From positions 1 through 38,904 of the forward strand of contig MU271616.1 of assembly GCA_021432655.1 (NCBI GenBank): a stretch of 38,904 bases of DNA. The letters run 5' to 3'. Below the pieces are notes generated by a model that was not told where the DNA came from, ran no database searches, and saw nothing but the letters and a program-made list of their open reading frames with translations. The position numbers and the translations under genes are program-made. Origin of the DNA: Atractiella rhizophila. Its lineage: Eukaryota. This document shows, piece after piece, positions 1-11,805 of the stretch (the stretch's first letter is position 1; every line of letters starts with the position of its first letter).

Positions 1-522
1 AACGATAATGCAGACGCAAAAGATACGAGCCCAGCTCGTGTCCAGGCAGCTCTCACCGTCGGAGCTGTCGATTCCAAAAACGTCAAGGCATCTTTCAGCA
101 ATTTTGGGCCAATTCTTGACGTGTGGTTCTACGGTGTGGACATCAAATCGTTTGTTTTCTCTCCAGACTTCATATTTTGTTTCATTTATCATGATTCTCT
201 TGCAGAGCTTATATCGGTACTCCTAACTCCAGTGCAACCCTCAGTGGAACCAGTATGGCGGCACCTGGGGTCGCAGGCAAGTTTCTGGCTCTTTAACGTT
301 GGTGACACGAACACTCACCTACTGATAACTTAGGAATCGTTGCTGTCGCCCTCTCTGAATCCCATTATAACGATGTTGCCGCTCTATCATCTGCACTGGT
401 CGCTGCTGCTAAACCAGTTGTGGACACTGTCGGGTAGGAAATCTGCCTTATCCTCAGCAACACATTTAATCACCACATTCTGTAGAACGGATTCTACCGA
501 TCTTCTTGCAGTCCTGTTCTGA
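1..522 (+). CDS. Subtilisin-like serine protease (S8A, proteinase K-like), 3' portion only; paralog of 4811-6407
   Basis: Spliced translation [42 protein letters not shown]...|[32 protein letters not shown]...|[11 protein letters not shown]. Contains the catalytic-Ser motif GTSMA. Introns about 150-205, 277-333 (GC-AG) and 434-485. Confidence 0.93.
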
Positions 523-807
523 AGTAACAGAAATTGAGGGATGTTTCGCGGCTAGAGAACGCAAAGAATGACTTTCTGACGCGTGGGATAACTGCTCGAG
601 GCTTTTAGCTCTGCTTTCCACGACTCTAAACTCTAAGAATTCGTAGAGTGGGGCAACGTCGATATCAACCTTCTATTCACCCTTAGTTTCTTGAAATTAG
701 ATTTGTATCTCTCATGAATCTCTAGGGGTTACACTAACAATTGTCATTGCAACACATCTATACTTGATCTCTAATATCATTCAGTGGCAACAATCGCGTC
801 TTGCTCC

Positions 808-1970
808 TCAAGTAACTATATCTAACTCCTGTTCAGTCAAGTTCAGTTCTTCTTGCAACAACTGAAACATCTTTTCAACGGCCTCCATGACATCGCAGAT
901 TGATTGCACCAACCCCCGCCGTTTTGCGCTGTTTCGGACCATATCCATCATATTGGTTGTACTTTCTTGCTTTTTCCTTTCTTTTGCGGAAGTTTTCGAT
1001 GATGCTGGAATAAGGAATGGAGGACGGCTTCGCTGAGATGGCAGACGCGTTGTATCTGTAAATGAAGAAGTAGGCACTTGCATACGTATCTTCTTTGCCG
1101 GAGGAACGTGAAACGAGGACACGTAGGCTTGTGGATCGAACGCAGGGCTTTTTGGATCGTCCATCTTCCTTTTCACTCGCTTTACTCCCGCAAGCGAGCT
1201 CATATCCTGATCACTGCTCCTTCGGGATCCGTAGTGAAACCTGTTCATGACAATGGGGATATTGTCGTGGATTGTGGGAGTCAACATATATGATCGCGAG
1301 GAAGAGGGAACGGAGCTGATAGTTCCTGTATGATTGGAAGAGATAGCAGCAATCGACTGGGTCCCTGTTGTAGTAGCGACAATACTGGGACAGTCTCGGC
1401 TAATGGAAGTATTTCGAGAGTGCGAGGCAGAAGTAACAGATGATGACACCGAGTCCAGGGCTATGGACGCGACAGGAAGAGCACTCCATGTTGATGGAGT
1501 GGGAAAATTGGGGGATGGCGCTGCTTCGAGAGTGATGTCGTGTCCGCTTGAGGGGCTCACTTGAAAATAGCTGTCAGCTGAAGGAATAATGAACTTTGGA
1601 GAAATTCGTTTACAGGGAGGTGCATTCTCAGAGGTTACGGCGGTATGGTTGCTAATAGGGAAATATTCCTTCATAAACTGTTCAAAATCACCTTCTGGCC
1701 AGAAAGGATTGGATGAACTATCATCTTTCACAGGAACAGCGACCGAGGGTACTGCCGGGTCTGTGGTTGAGCCCGCAGAAGGTACACCTAGTGCTCTGTT
1801 CGGATCGATAGTAGTTGTTGATGACAGCGGTGATGAAGGGGGATCGGACCCAAAGAGAGAAGTGAGATCGTTGTCCAAAAATTCGAACGAACTTGAATCG
1901 CCCTAGAATAGGATGTAAGAAATTGTGTGCGCAATTTGGAAATTATACGATAGTTTCTCACGGATTCCAT
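808..1970 (-). CDS. Hypothetical Ser/Pro/Thr-rich, probably disordered protein with basic NLS-like patches and a C-terminal helix (~367 aa)
   Basis: Long 356-codon ORF extended by exon 1 ATG GAA TCC (1970-1962) and an in-frame GT-AG intron 1961-1903. TATAAAA lies about 95 nt upstream on the minus strand (~2060-2066). Basic patches KRVKRK and PPAKKIR. Confidence 0.7.
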
Positions 1971-4677
1971 TCTGTAACTAGTCAGCTTGATATTGTAGTG
2001 TGGGATTGATATTTTCTGCGCCGATAAGATCTTGAAGATGGATGTCACAGTGCCACACATTTTATAGCTCTCTTCAAGCTACGTGATAGTCCTTGTTGAC
2101 CAAACAAACAATATCAGATCTCTTATCATTGGTTTGAAAGATGTTTAAAGTGTTTGCTAAATAGAACTTGTCCCCTTGGAGCCTTATCGTTCGTCGTTTA
2201 CAAAGACAGAGTTAAAGAGTAGTACATCTCGTCGACAAAGGAGCGGAGCAGAAAGAAGTTTGATAGTATGCTCAAGCTGTAAAGGGAAGAAAGGGAAGTG
2301 GAGTCCTGTTCTACCAAAAATGCTACGGCTCGCAGGTTTCGTTTTGATAAGGGATGTCTCTCTCGTTAGAATTGAGACCACTGTCCCTGTGGAGTCTATT
2401 CTACTAGCACGACCTGATGAGATGGAGAAAGGGAATCTTCTTTCCTTCTTTTTCTTGCCTTTGTTCTCCCTCCCTCTCCAGAAACCGAGGAAAATTAAAG
2501 TCACTGGCAGCAAGTAGAGGGCCCATCCAATCCCGACGAGGTCCTAAGCAGATCCGAGCAATCCCTTTCCACTCTGGCAAAAAAAGCGGGAAGGACCAAA
2601 GATCCCGACGACGTTCCGAGGGCAAGTCCCACCAGCTCCAGCTTCACGCTTACTATCGTACCAGCTCGCGAGCGATATCCTCCGTCAACTCGGATCAAAA
2701 AATGGGATCTGAACATATAAAAGCAGGTGCGATGGGGGTATGAAGCAGCAACAAGAAAGAAAGCAAACAGAAGGACAATTCAGCCTATCATGCAGCGAAT
2801 CGCCTCCCGCATCCCACGACTCGTGAGGACCATGCACGCCTCTACGCCTTCTCGAATCGCACAATCAGGCATTCGAAGAGCTGCTGTCTCTCATGATCCT
2901 CTATTGGCGACTAATCACCCCCATCCGGTCCCGGGAATTGTGAGCAAATGCGATGCACTCGTTCGCCATCACTGACGTTGCTTGTAGCACGTTACGTCCT
3001 CAAAAATGGGACTAGTCCCCTTCGAAGTCTTCCCTCTCTTGACCATCGTGACATTTGTCACTGGGTCTGGCCTGTATTTCAGTGGCAAGCATTGTATGTC
3101 CCTTTATCTGAACGGATCTGGGAACTCAGTTCTCTGGGATTGATAGTGCGGAGAGACCATGAGCTCCGTATCTCACACGAACGACATGCACACAGGCACG
3201 ACACCATTATGCCTCAAGAGAATAAAGATTGACTAAGAAAGCGGGAAGACACCATGATTCCAGATGGCAGTTCCTCAAAAGGGAAGAAGCACGGGTTTTC
3301 AGAGGAAGAAGAACTATATCTCTTACTTGAGCTGTTTTAGTCTGGTTGTGTACTTGTAGAGAAGGCTTTTGCGATTGTCATGTATCATTATGGGAAGTAA
3401 CAGCAACAGCAGTGGATCAAGTTCTTATCCTTCCACAACATCGCCTTCGCAAGTATTGCTATTGCTGAACAATTCTAGCTGGAGAAGGTCGAGCTAAGTT
3501 ACAGCTTATTTCGACATGCATTACCTGACTCCTTTAGCATTTGGGAAGGCAATAACAGAAGACATTTAAACTTTTACCCCAGTGTACAACCTCAGGCGGC
3601 AAGCTTTGAAAATTTAAGGGGATGGCGCACACAATTTCTATGATGCAGAAAGGACTACGTCACCGTTGTTTGAGTGTAAATTCTCCCATGACCTCGCATT
3701 ATAACTCCATTCCCGACTCCCCGAAGGACAGAGGCGAAGAGAATGTTCCTGCTCGGACATTGGTTCTGGTTGGAAAGGACAAACAAGGGGCTGCGATCAT
3801 GTGACTGGCGGACGGATTCAAAAAATATCTGTTTCTCACAACCAGCCAGAGTGATGATGCTTCGGTAGTTGGATCCAAGAGCCGTCGTGTGAGGGTGCAC
3901 GAGGTGTGTGAGTTCCATCCCTAGTACAGTGCATCGCATTGCACAATTTCGAATATCGATGACTTCAAGTTTGGTCTGCCAGCAGGGAAAGTCTTGGTCC
4001 TTCCAGTTTCCTCTTCCTGACGCCCCTCCTGATCAAGCTAAGGTCATGTCTATGAAAAGACCCATCTCGAGTTCAATCTTCATTTGCACATGCGTGAGGA
4101 GTCAGTCTAGGGATACGCTCTATAATACCAACCGTGTCTCTAAAAATGGTCCCTCGAGTGGAGAATGTCTGTCTCGCTTATCTCGCTGCTTGCTGGAACA
4201 ACTGCTGCCAGTGTATTATGCGATAAGACGCAGTGTGCGCAGACCAATTAGTCGCGGTTACGGAATGAGCTCTTCACCTTTCCGCCCTGCCTCACCATCT
4301 CCTCGCACCGAAGGCTATTCACAACGAGCGTGATATGAGCGTGATAATTACGCGAAGTTGTGTACATGTGACGAGACTGAGAACACTTCATTGTGGTGCA
4401 TGCTGAGTCGGAATCACCCAGTTCGGGTCGATCCAATATTATCACTTCTGCACTAATGGCTATTCAGGAGCAATCCCGTCTATCACCAAGTGTAATTCTC
4501 TCCTATCATTTCAGTCCCTGTGCGCGATCAGCAGATCTCCATCTGTGCCTTATCCTGCTCCAGGGATTGCTGACTGAAAGACGCGTCTCGCTAAAATCAT
4601 TTGGTTGAGATGACAGCGAGGGAGAACATGTAGAGCTAGGGATTACTTCCATACTCGCTTCTGCTGCTCTGAAGACC

Positions 4678-4684
4678 TATAAAA
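4678..4684 (+). promoter_or_regulatory. TATA box of the subtilisin gene
   Basis: TATAAAA about 130 nt upstream of the ATG at 4811, followed by a CT-rich leader. Confidence 0.55.
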
Positions 4685-4810
4685 GGTGCCATTCCTTCCC
4701 TCCACTACCCCATCCTCATCCTCCGATCAGGTTTTCGCTCTTCAACAGCTTCTCGTGTTTGCAAGACTTCAGAGCCCTCGTTTCCACCTTCATCCTCATT
4801 CTCTATCAAG

Positions 4811-6407
4811 ATGATGAAACTCGCTGCTGTCCTTGCTCTCGCCATTCCCGCTCTCGCCGCTCCGACTGTACGGAACAACGATCACAAGATTAAGAGGGCT
4901 GCCAACCCCATCGTACGTTCGCATCAGTCCTCTCTTCTGATCTCTTCTGATCCGGCTCTGGCGAGCAGCCCGGACAATACATCGTCAAGCTGAAGGATGG
5001 CGCTTCAAAGGCTGAATCTATCTCCGTTATGAGCAACGCCGTCTCTACTTTCGGAAGTGAGGACGGCACTGTCGGACAAGTCATTTACGACCAATGGAAA
5101 GGTTTGTCTCTCTTCTACCCTGCACATTCTTGCTCAAGTAAGAGATCGCTGTAGTCTTGAACGGATACGCTGCCAAGCTCGGAGGTGCCGCTCTGGACCA
5201 GGTCAAGAACGACCCCAATGTCGAGTTCATTGAGGAGGATGGAATCATCACCATCGACTACAAGTAAATTTCATGCCTTCCCCTGTTCAGGTCCAGCTTA
5301 TTGATGAACATGATTTGCAGAGTGTCCGAAGGTGTCTCGGCCGCTGACGTTAAGAAGTTCATGAAGCGCCAGTCAGGCACCGGAGAGGGCGTGAATATCT
5401 ACTCCGTCGATACTGGTGTTTACATTGAGCATGAAGCATTTGGTGGTCGTGCTACGTGGGGCACCACTTTCGGTGGTTATGCTGATGCCGATGGCAATGG
5501 ACACGGTAAGATGTCCTCCTTTGTTCCACACAACGTTGTTGGCCCTAAATATGTTCCATTATGACAGGAACTCACACCATGGGTACTGCTGCTGGTGAGG
5601 GATATGGCCCTGCGACTTCGGCAAGCATTATCGCCGTCAAGGTCTTGAGCGACTCTGGTTCTGGATCTTTCTCCGATGTCATTTCTGGGATTGACTGGGC
5701 GTACGTTTTATACCTCATTCCCTGCACGAAACCTAAAAAGATAAACTCTTCAGTGCCTCTGCCGCCACTGACTCTGGCAAGCCTTCCGTGATCAACATGT
5801 CCCTTGGCGGAGGAGCCTCCAGCTCTGTTGACGCGGCCGTCCAAGGAGCTATTGACAGCAACGTCCCCGTCAGCATCGCTGCCGGAAACTCCAACGTCGA
5901 TGCTTCTACCACCTCCCCTGCTCGCGTTCAGGTGATTACTGCATCGCCATCATCCTGTCACCACTAATGATCAAACCAGGCCGCGATCACTGTTGGAGCC
6001 GTCGACTCTTCCAACGTCAAGGCCTCTTTCAGCAACTACGGCCCGGTCCTCGACGTCTGGGAGCTTGGTGTCAATGTCCTTTCCGTGAGTACTTCGTTCC
6101 TCACTTCACTGTCTGTTTACTGAGAGGAACTGTGGCGATTTTAGACCTACATTGGATCCCCTTCTGCCACCGCTACCCTCTCTGGAACTAGCATGGCCGC
6201 CCCCGGCGTCGCTGGGATAGTCGCCGTCGCCCTGTCAGAGAAAAGCTACTCATCCGTTGCTGACCTAGTCTCTGCTCTCACCGCTGCCGCTGACCCCGTT
6301 GTGGACACCGACGGGTAAGTATTTCACCTCCTCTTCGTTAAAATTCCTCGATACTGATGTTGTGATGCAGAACGGACTCTACTAACCTCCTTGCCGTCCT
6401 GTTCTAA
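4811..6407 (+). CDS. Secreted subtilisin-like serine protease (S8A) with signal peptide and I9 inhibitor propeptide
   Basis: Signal peptide [16 protein letters not shown]. Propeptide [11 protein letters not shown]...LNGYAAKL...VEFIEEDG. Catalytic motifs VDTG, GNGH/GTH, AAGN and GTSMA. Multiple short GT-AG introns; stop TAA at 6405-6407. Confidence 0.95.
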
Positions 6408-6991
6408 GTTTAAGCAGTGGACGAAATCACTTAACCTGGATTGACGGACGGATCAAGAGAAGATTATGAAGCTCGGTTGGAAAAGCAATGACTACCCGTT
6501 GTACCCCTCGTCTCCCTCCGACTTTGAAGAAAAGAGCTGATGGTGTTTATATCATGTCCTCCTTGTGTATCCTTTGACAACATACCCATGTAAGGTAGCA
6601 GCAAAATTCCAATTTGATATCCTTCGTTCTTACGGATCTTGTGCCTTGTGTGTCCCTTTAGAACGAACGACTTCCGTCGCTAGATCCACCTTCGTATCTA
6701 TAATCAATAATGCACAAATCGACTCTTTCAGACGGAGGCAGGTATGTAACTACAGATCGTGAAAGATTGGTTTGCATAAATAAGATGAGAACAACACAGA
6801 GAAGTGGTCAAGCGTGTATGTAGATGGAAAAATCACGATGGAGGATGGGGATGGATGGGGTTGGCCGTATACACAGATTGTGGTGGGGTAACGATATCTG
6901 TAAACATCGACGGCATCAGACCTTGGCCAGAGAGACAGACCGACTGAACTTACGACAATTCCCTTCTTTCTTCCCTTCAATTATTCACTAT

Positions 6992-7396
6992 TCACTTAGC
7001 AAATCTAACCTTCTTCACCATGTCCGCAACAACACTCTTCGTCCTCAACTCCCGCATCCTCCTTTCTCTTCTCAGTTTAAGCATCCTCCTCCTTTCCTCC
7101 AAGCCTGCCGCTTTCCGCCAAGCAACGAAGACGCTATTTCCTTCCAACGCGTCCACGATCGCGTTCCTCCTCTTCCTCAGGAAGGCGGGAGGCTGGTCGA
7201 AGGTTGAGATGGGCGGCAGACGCGGTTGTATCGAGAATCGTGGACGGACTGCAGGGAGGGAGAGCGAGTCCATGTATGCTGCGAGGGAGAGAGCGGAGCT
7301 CCGAGAAACGATGATGCTTTGGCCGCTGGAGACCGTGGTTTGGGAAGTCCCAAGGACTAGGTGCAGCGGTGAGGGAGTGGAAGTAACTGTTGACAT
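6992..7396 (-). CDS. Small hypothetical protein with an Arg-rich helical C-terminus (~134 aa)
   Basis: Intronless ORF MSTVTSTP...RRRMLKLRRERRMRELRTK...; TATATAA about 100 nt upstream (~7497-7503). An alternative in-frame start is at 7426. No family recognised. Confidence 0.5.
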   Translation of the reverse strand: MSTVTSTPSPLHLVLGTSQTTVSSGQSIIVSRSSALSLAAYMDSLSLPAVRPRFSIQPRLPPISTFDQPPAFLRKRRNAIVDALEGNSVFVAWRKAAGLEERRRMLKLRRERRMRELRTKSVVADMVKKVRFAK

Positions 7397-7575
7397 ATTC
7401 TTTCTGCCTATATACTTTTGATCCATAGAAAATAGCTCTGAAGTGAAAGTCCTGGTTGGTGATGAAGGGGTGGATTAGGACAGATGAGCTGAAGGGTTAT
7501 ATAAGATTGATCTGACAAGGGAAGGAGACTTACTCGGTTGTAATAAGGGAACAGAAGTAAGAGGCAAAGGGAGGT

Positions 7576-7790
7576 AGACCCGAAAGCAGGGACAAGTAAA
7601 GAGAAGCAAACAACTCGTGGATGCTGCCACTCCTTTATTCTGTGACCTTGTTCCAATCAGAAGGCAGAGGCAGATACGTGATAATCGTTGGGAGACCCGA
7701 AAGTATGGCCAAGTAAAGAGAGGCAAACACCTCGTGGATGCTGCCAGCTATTTATTCGATGACCTTGTTCCAATCCGAGAAAGAAACAGA
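7576..7790. repeat. Imperfect direct tandem repeat, two units about 118 bp apart
   Basis: AGACCCGAAAG..CAAGTAAAGAGA.GCAAACA.CTCGTGGATGCTGCCA...TTTATTC..TGACCTTGTTCCAATC starts at both ~7576 and ~7693. Confidence 0.85.
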
Positions 7791-8613
7791 GTCAACAAGG
7801 GTGGCAAGGTGCCTAGGATCGACCTGAAGGACAAAGGTCCTTGTTGATGCAAAATGCGCCATCGTTCGGCCGACGCAGAGGCGCAACAAGAGTGGCGAAG
7901 GGATTATGAACGACCATTATGGTATTAAGCACTGACTTATACAGTAAACGACATAAGGGCTAAACACTCGTCACGTTAATGAGACGGAGCAACAGTAGAA
8001 TAAAAGCGTACGGTGACTGGGCGTTAGTCCTCCTCCCCAATCTCTTCCCATATAACTCTGCCTCTCCCAACCAAATCCGCAAATCCCGTCCTAGCATGCA
8101 GAGGGTCGGAGTCGATTGACCTATGGAATAGCCGACATCGTTGATTTGTTTCTTGCTTTGAAGAGTTGAAAGAGGGACACCTACACCTTTCGCATCTGCG
8201 CTCCCCAGCCAATTTCCTTTAATGGCCGCACCGACAAAGTGATGCCGAAGGTGACAGTTATGAAGGATCCTGCCAATTTGAGGAGGAAATCAAGTGGTAG
8301 AGGAGGAAGAGCCCCTGTTACCGAATGCTTGCGAACTGTGGTTTAAGTCAGCAACAACAGGTCGTTTTTCACAGCTTGAAAGGGGAACATACGGATGTAG
8401 CATGTGTAGGCACAGTGTAGTATGCCTACTACTCCTGCGAAGAGAAGGAGACGGCCTAATACACGAGACATGGCTAATAACGTGTCAATATTTCGTAAGG
8501 TTTCACAAAGTTTTACCTTCCTTTCGTGGACAACTTTCGTTAGCCACTGTTCTGGTTCAGCGTCATAGTTTTCTCAAAACTGCTCGAAAAATTGTCAATA
8601 AAAAAGCTGCAGG

Positions 8614-9578
8614 ATGCCCGCTGACATGACACGCTCTTCGACTGCCTCCACCTCGAGGCCATTCACGCCACCTCCCTCGCACCCAACAACGCGCTCTGCA
8701 TCCTTCGACGAGTTACGGCCCATCCGTTCTCCACCCACTTCTCCGATACCCCATATAGTTGAGGAGCCCGCTGGGTTAGAACCAACAATTACTGGCGATA
8801 CACGTCCCGACAGTAATGTGGATGACGACGGAACAAAGAGGAGGTTTGGGAAGGTCAGGGAATGGATGGAGGCTTATCCAGTGCAGTATGAGCTGGAGAA
8901 TAAGGGGAGCGTAGCCAGGGATCACTTGGCCAATGAGCGGTATGCCGTCTTTCTTTCGCACTAAGGGACGAAACGAGTAAATTAATGAATGTTTCGCTTT
9001 GGAGATAGAACCTATCTCGCTTGGTTGCGCACCTCTCTTTCTTTGGCGTCAATAGGAGTAGCGATCACGCAACTTTTCCGCCTCTCCTCGTCAATTTACA
9101 CCATTCCTCCTTCGTCTCCCGGAACTTCTCCTTCACCTTCCTCATCTTCATCATCATCGATAGCAACGCCAACCCCCTCTGCTTTCGTTTCCGAGGCACA
9201 GCAACAGAGCGAAATTGCGATACTCTCAGCACAACTAGCAGCTCAAGCTGCTCAAATAGAGGCCTTAGGAGCCCTAGTATCCGCCGATAAACATACTTAT
9301 CGACATCTAGGGAAGCCAATCGGGTTTGTCTTTTCCATTCGTCTCAATTGTGATCACGTGCCAATAAATTTGGTTGACCTGCATCTTGGAATAGCGGTTT
9401 GTTCATCGTGCTAGGTCTGTTCCTCCTCTTCCTGGGCACAATTCGCTACTTCCGCGTCCAATATTTTCTCGTCAACGGCAACCATTTCCCACCCAGCAGG
9501 AGGAGCACATTCGCAAGCACGATCCTTATTGCCGCTAGCGTGGTTGCTGCCTTTGCAAGCATACTCGCATTTCGGTAA
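8614..9578 (+). CDS. DUF202 (YidH/Vtc1-like) three-TM membrane protein
   Basis: Motif LENKGSVARDHLANER|TYLAWLRTSLSLASIGVAITQLFRL, then LGKPIG|GLFIVLGLFLLFLGTIRYFRVQ..FPPSRR. Introns about 8940-9008 and 9324-9394; stop TAA at 9576-9578. Confidence 0.9.
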
Positions 9579-10310
9579 TGAGATTTAGTTCAAGCTTGAG
9601 AAGCGAGATGTGCACATCAGATTCAGCTAGCAGAAAGGAAAGGCAACAAGGTCTTGTTCGGATTCAGGTTCCGCTATCACAACGGCAACTGAACAGACAA
9701 TAAACAACTAAGGCGGCGAATAAACAACAAAGAAACTGAAGCCTTGGATTTTGCAAACTTCGACAGCTTAGAATTTTAAGAGGATAAGGGCAATCAGACT
9801 TGTACACGTAACGATGCTGCTTATTTGCCACAAAATAAATGCAGTTGCGCCCCCTGTTAACGAGCTAGATGTCGAGCTTTATTCAAATAAATTGCAAGAT
9901 CAGATATAATACACCCTTTACACGACAAAACCACATGACTATATATTGCACCCAAAATTCGAAATGAAGACTGACGATTTGACGATGTTCACTTGAGATC
10001 TGTCCCTGCAAACCTGTAGGGGTACATTCGTGAGCCCAATTATTGTAAACAATGATGGAGAACTCACAAGTTGAAATTCCTTGATCCTTGTTTACAGGGG
10101 AGTGAAGACTAAAACACAAGGAGGAAGAAAACAAGAGTAAGGATGACAAGAACAAACTTGCAAAGCTACCAGATTCAATTTACAGCTTCAAGCAGATGCT
10201 CGGAATAAAAACAATAATTTGGATTTGAATACGACTGATGACAACAATTCAAGGAAATAAGAAACAAGAATATGAGGAACTTATTGGCGATTGCACACGC
10301 GAAATGGACA

Positions 10311-11651
10311 TCAATAACTGAGGTACATGGATGAGAGCATATCTTTAGTTTCCTCATACTCTTGAAGGGCCGACGACAAATCAGGATTCGAAGTATCAAT
10401 CCATCGCCTCTCAACAAGCCAAGGAGGTGGGCTATTCGACCTCTGTGTAGTTACGAGGTCAAGTGAATTGACCGCTTCATTCTGGCAAGCTGTGATAGCC
10501 CCCGTTTCGTGGGAGTAAGACAACGTGGACGAAAGGTCGCTCTGAAAAGGATAACGCATGTCCACATCCAGAGGCTCCAAGAATTGGTTGGGTGGAAAAC
10601 ACGATTCGTTTGAGCTGAAGTATGCGTTTGAATCTTGTTCCAAAGCCGGTGCCTGCGAATATCCGTCACGGTTGTTGATGCCCCAGCCTACCGTGTATCC
10701 GGGAGGAGAGTCCTCAGAGAAGGACGTCTCAAGTGTTGTTGCAAAACCCGTCATCATTGAAGAATGGTGCAGAGATTCTGGGCTGGTTTTGGCGCTAGAA
10801 ACCTCTGGAGACGCGCCAGGTGAGGGGATAAAGTAGGAGTCAGGGCTAGGGTGTGGAGATGTAGAAGGAAGAGAGTAGGCAGGGGGAGCGATCCAAGGTG
10901 GGTAGACAGAAGCATAGAGAGGGTCAGTCGGAGACGGTAGAGGTGGGGGAAAGGAAGACGGGGATTCAGCAGCGAATGGAGTTTCCGCGGCATGGTCGAG
11001 ACGGGTCGAGTTATTGTTTCTTTGACGACGCGATACATTCCCTCTCCGAGTGGACGACTTTACAGTATTGTGAGTGCCTCCGATCACGGAGAGAGAGGAG
11101 AAGGAACGTACCGGATGAGGCGTATTCCCGTGCTCTTTCCTCCACTGCTGAGCATTCATATACCCAGTCATAGCGATCCGTTCCTCCTTGTTCTTCCTCC
11201 AAATTTGTCGATAAATATCCTTGAACTCATCTCCAGCCGCATCCCACAATTTTTTCGCTTCTAAATTGATGTCTCGCATATGAGGTACCTGTCCAGGACA
11301 TCGCTTGGAGACTTCCTGTCGGAGTATCTCCTGATAGTCTCTCTTGAAGAGGAAGAAGGAGTTAGGGAGAGTGAGCGCTAGATTCGGATCTTTAGGTCTT
11401 CTCCTCTGCTTGTGACGACTGATAATGGCGGCCGTACTAGAAGAGGATGCGGATTTCAGCCCTGTTAAGGGTTGGGTAGCCGAGGAAGGAGAGGATAGTG
11501 ATTTGTGAGCAGCACTAAGGCTTCTGTCAGCACGCTCAATAATATTAGGATAAGCTTTATTGAATGTTGTCTCTCGACCCATTGCGCTAGATGGTATAGA
11601 CATGCAGCTAGCCGTGAGCGTGAAACTTCGCCTCTCGACATCCCATGGCAT
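10311..11651 (-). CDS. Sequence-specific HMG-box transcription factor (MATA_HMG / Ste11-Prf1-Rox1-like)
   Basis: RRRPKDPNLALTLPNSFFLFKRDYQ...MRDINLEAKKLWDAAGDEFKDIYRQIWRKNKEERIAMTGY fits the three HMG helices (PNxFxxF..., W, Y). Ser/Pro-rich and acidic C-terminus; single exon. The first in-frame ATG is at 11651 (the ORF track starts at a TTG at 11675). Confidence 0.82.
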   Translation of the reverse strand: MPWDVERRSFTLTASCMSIPSSAMGRETTFNKAYPNIIERADRSLSAAHKSLSSPSSATQPLTGLKSASSSSTAAIISRHKQRRRPKDPNLALTLPNSFFLFKRDYQEILRQEVSKRCPGQVPHMRDINLEAKKLWDAAGDEFKDIYRQIWRKNKEERIAMTGYMNAQQWRKEHGNTPHPVRSFSSLSVIGGTHNTVKSSTRRGNVSRRQRNNNSTRLDHAAETPFAAESPSSFPPPLPSPTDPLYASVYPPWIAPPAYSLPSTSPHPSPDSYFIPSPGASPEVSSAKTSPESLHHSSMMTGFATTLETSFSEDSPPGYTVGWGINNRDGYSQAPALEQDSNAYFSSNESCFPPNQFLEPLDVDMRYPFQSDLSSTLSYSHETGAITACQNEAVNSLDLVTTQRSNSPPPWLVERRWIDTSNPDLSSALQEYEETKDMLSSMYLSY

Positions 11652-11805
11652 GCAGGGGCCTTTTATTGGCACCAAAGGGAACCATCCCCTTCATTTCATT
11701 CTGACAGATTCAAGTTGAGTTCAGAGTTCACGCATGCTTCTTCATTCGAACGAGCGCTGATTGCGCCAAACAAACCAAAGTTCTGGCGCCAGCGCAAGGT
11801 CGTAT

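Noticed and set aside
2100..4650. Numerous 60-140 aa ORFs on both strands between the orphan gene and the subtilisin
   Set aside because: No recognisable motifs, no consistent splice structure, and mutual overlaps. Treated as intergenic, though a small unrecognised gene cannot be excluded.
7020..7421. 133-aa plus-strand ORF with a hydrophobic N-terminus
   Set aside because: It is the antisense shadow of the minus-strand Arg/Glu-rich ORF. The hydrophobicity comes from complementing AG-rich codons, and the TATA supports the minus strand.
10311..11651. Mating-type locus interpretation
   Set aside because: No pheromone precursor (CAAX), STE3 receptor or homeodomain genes were seen in the window. 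An HMG gene alone is insufficient.
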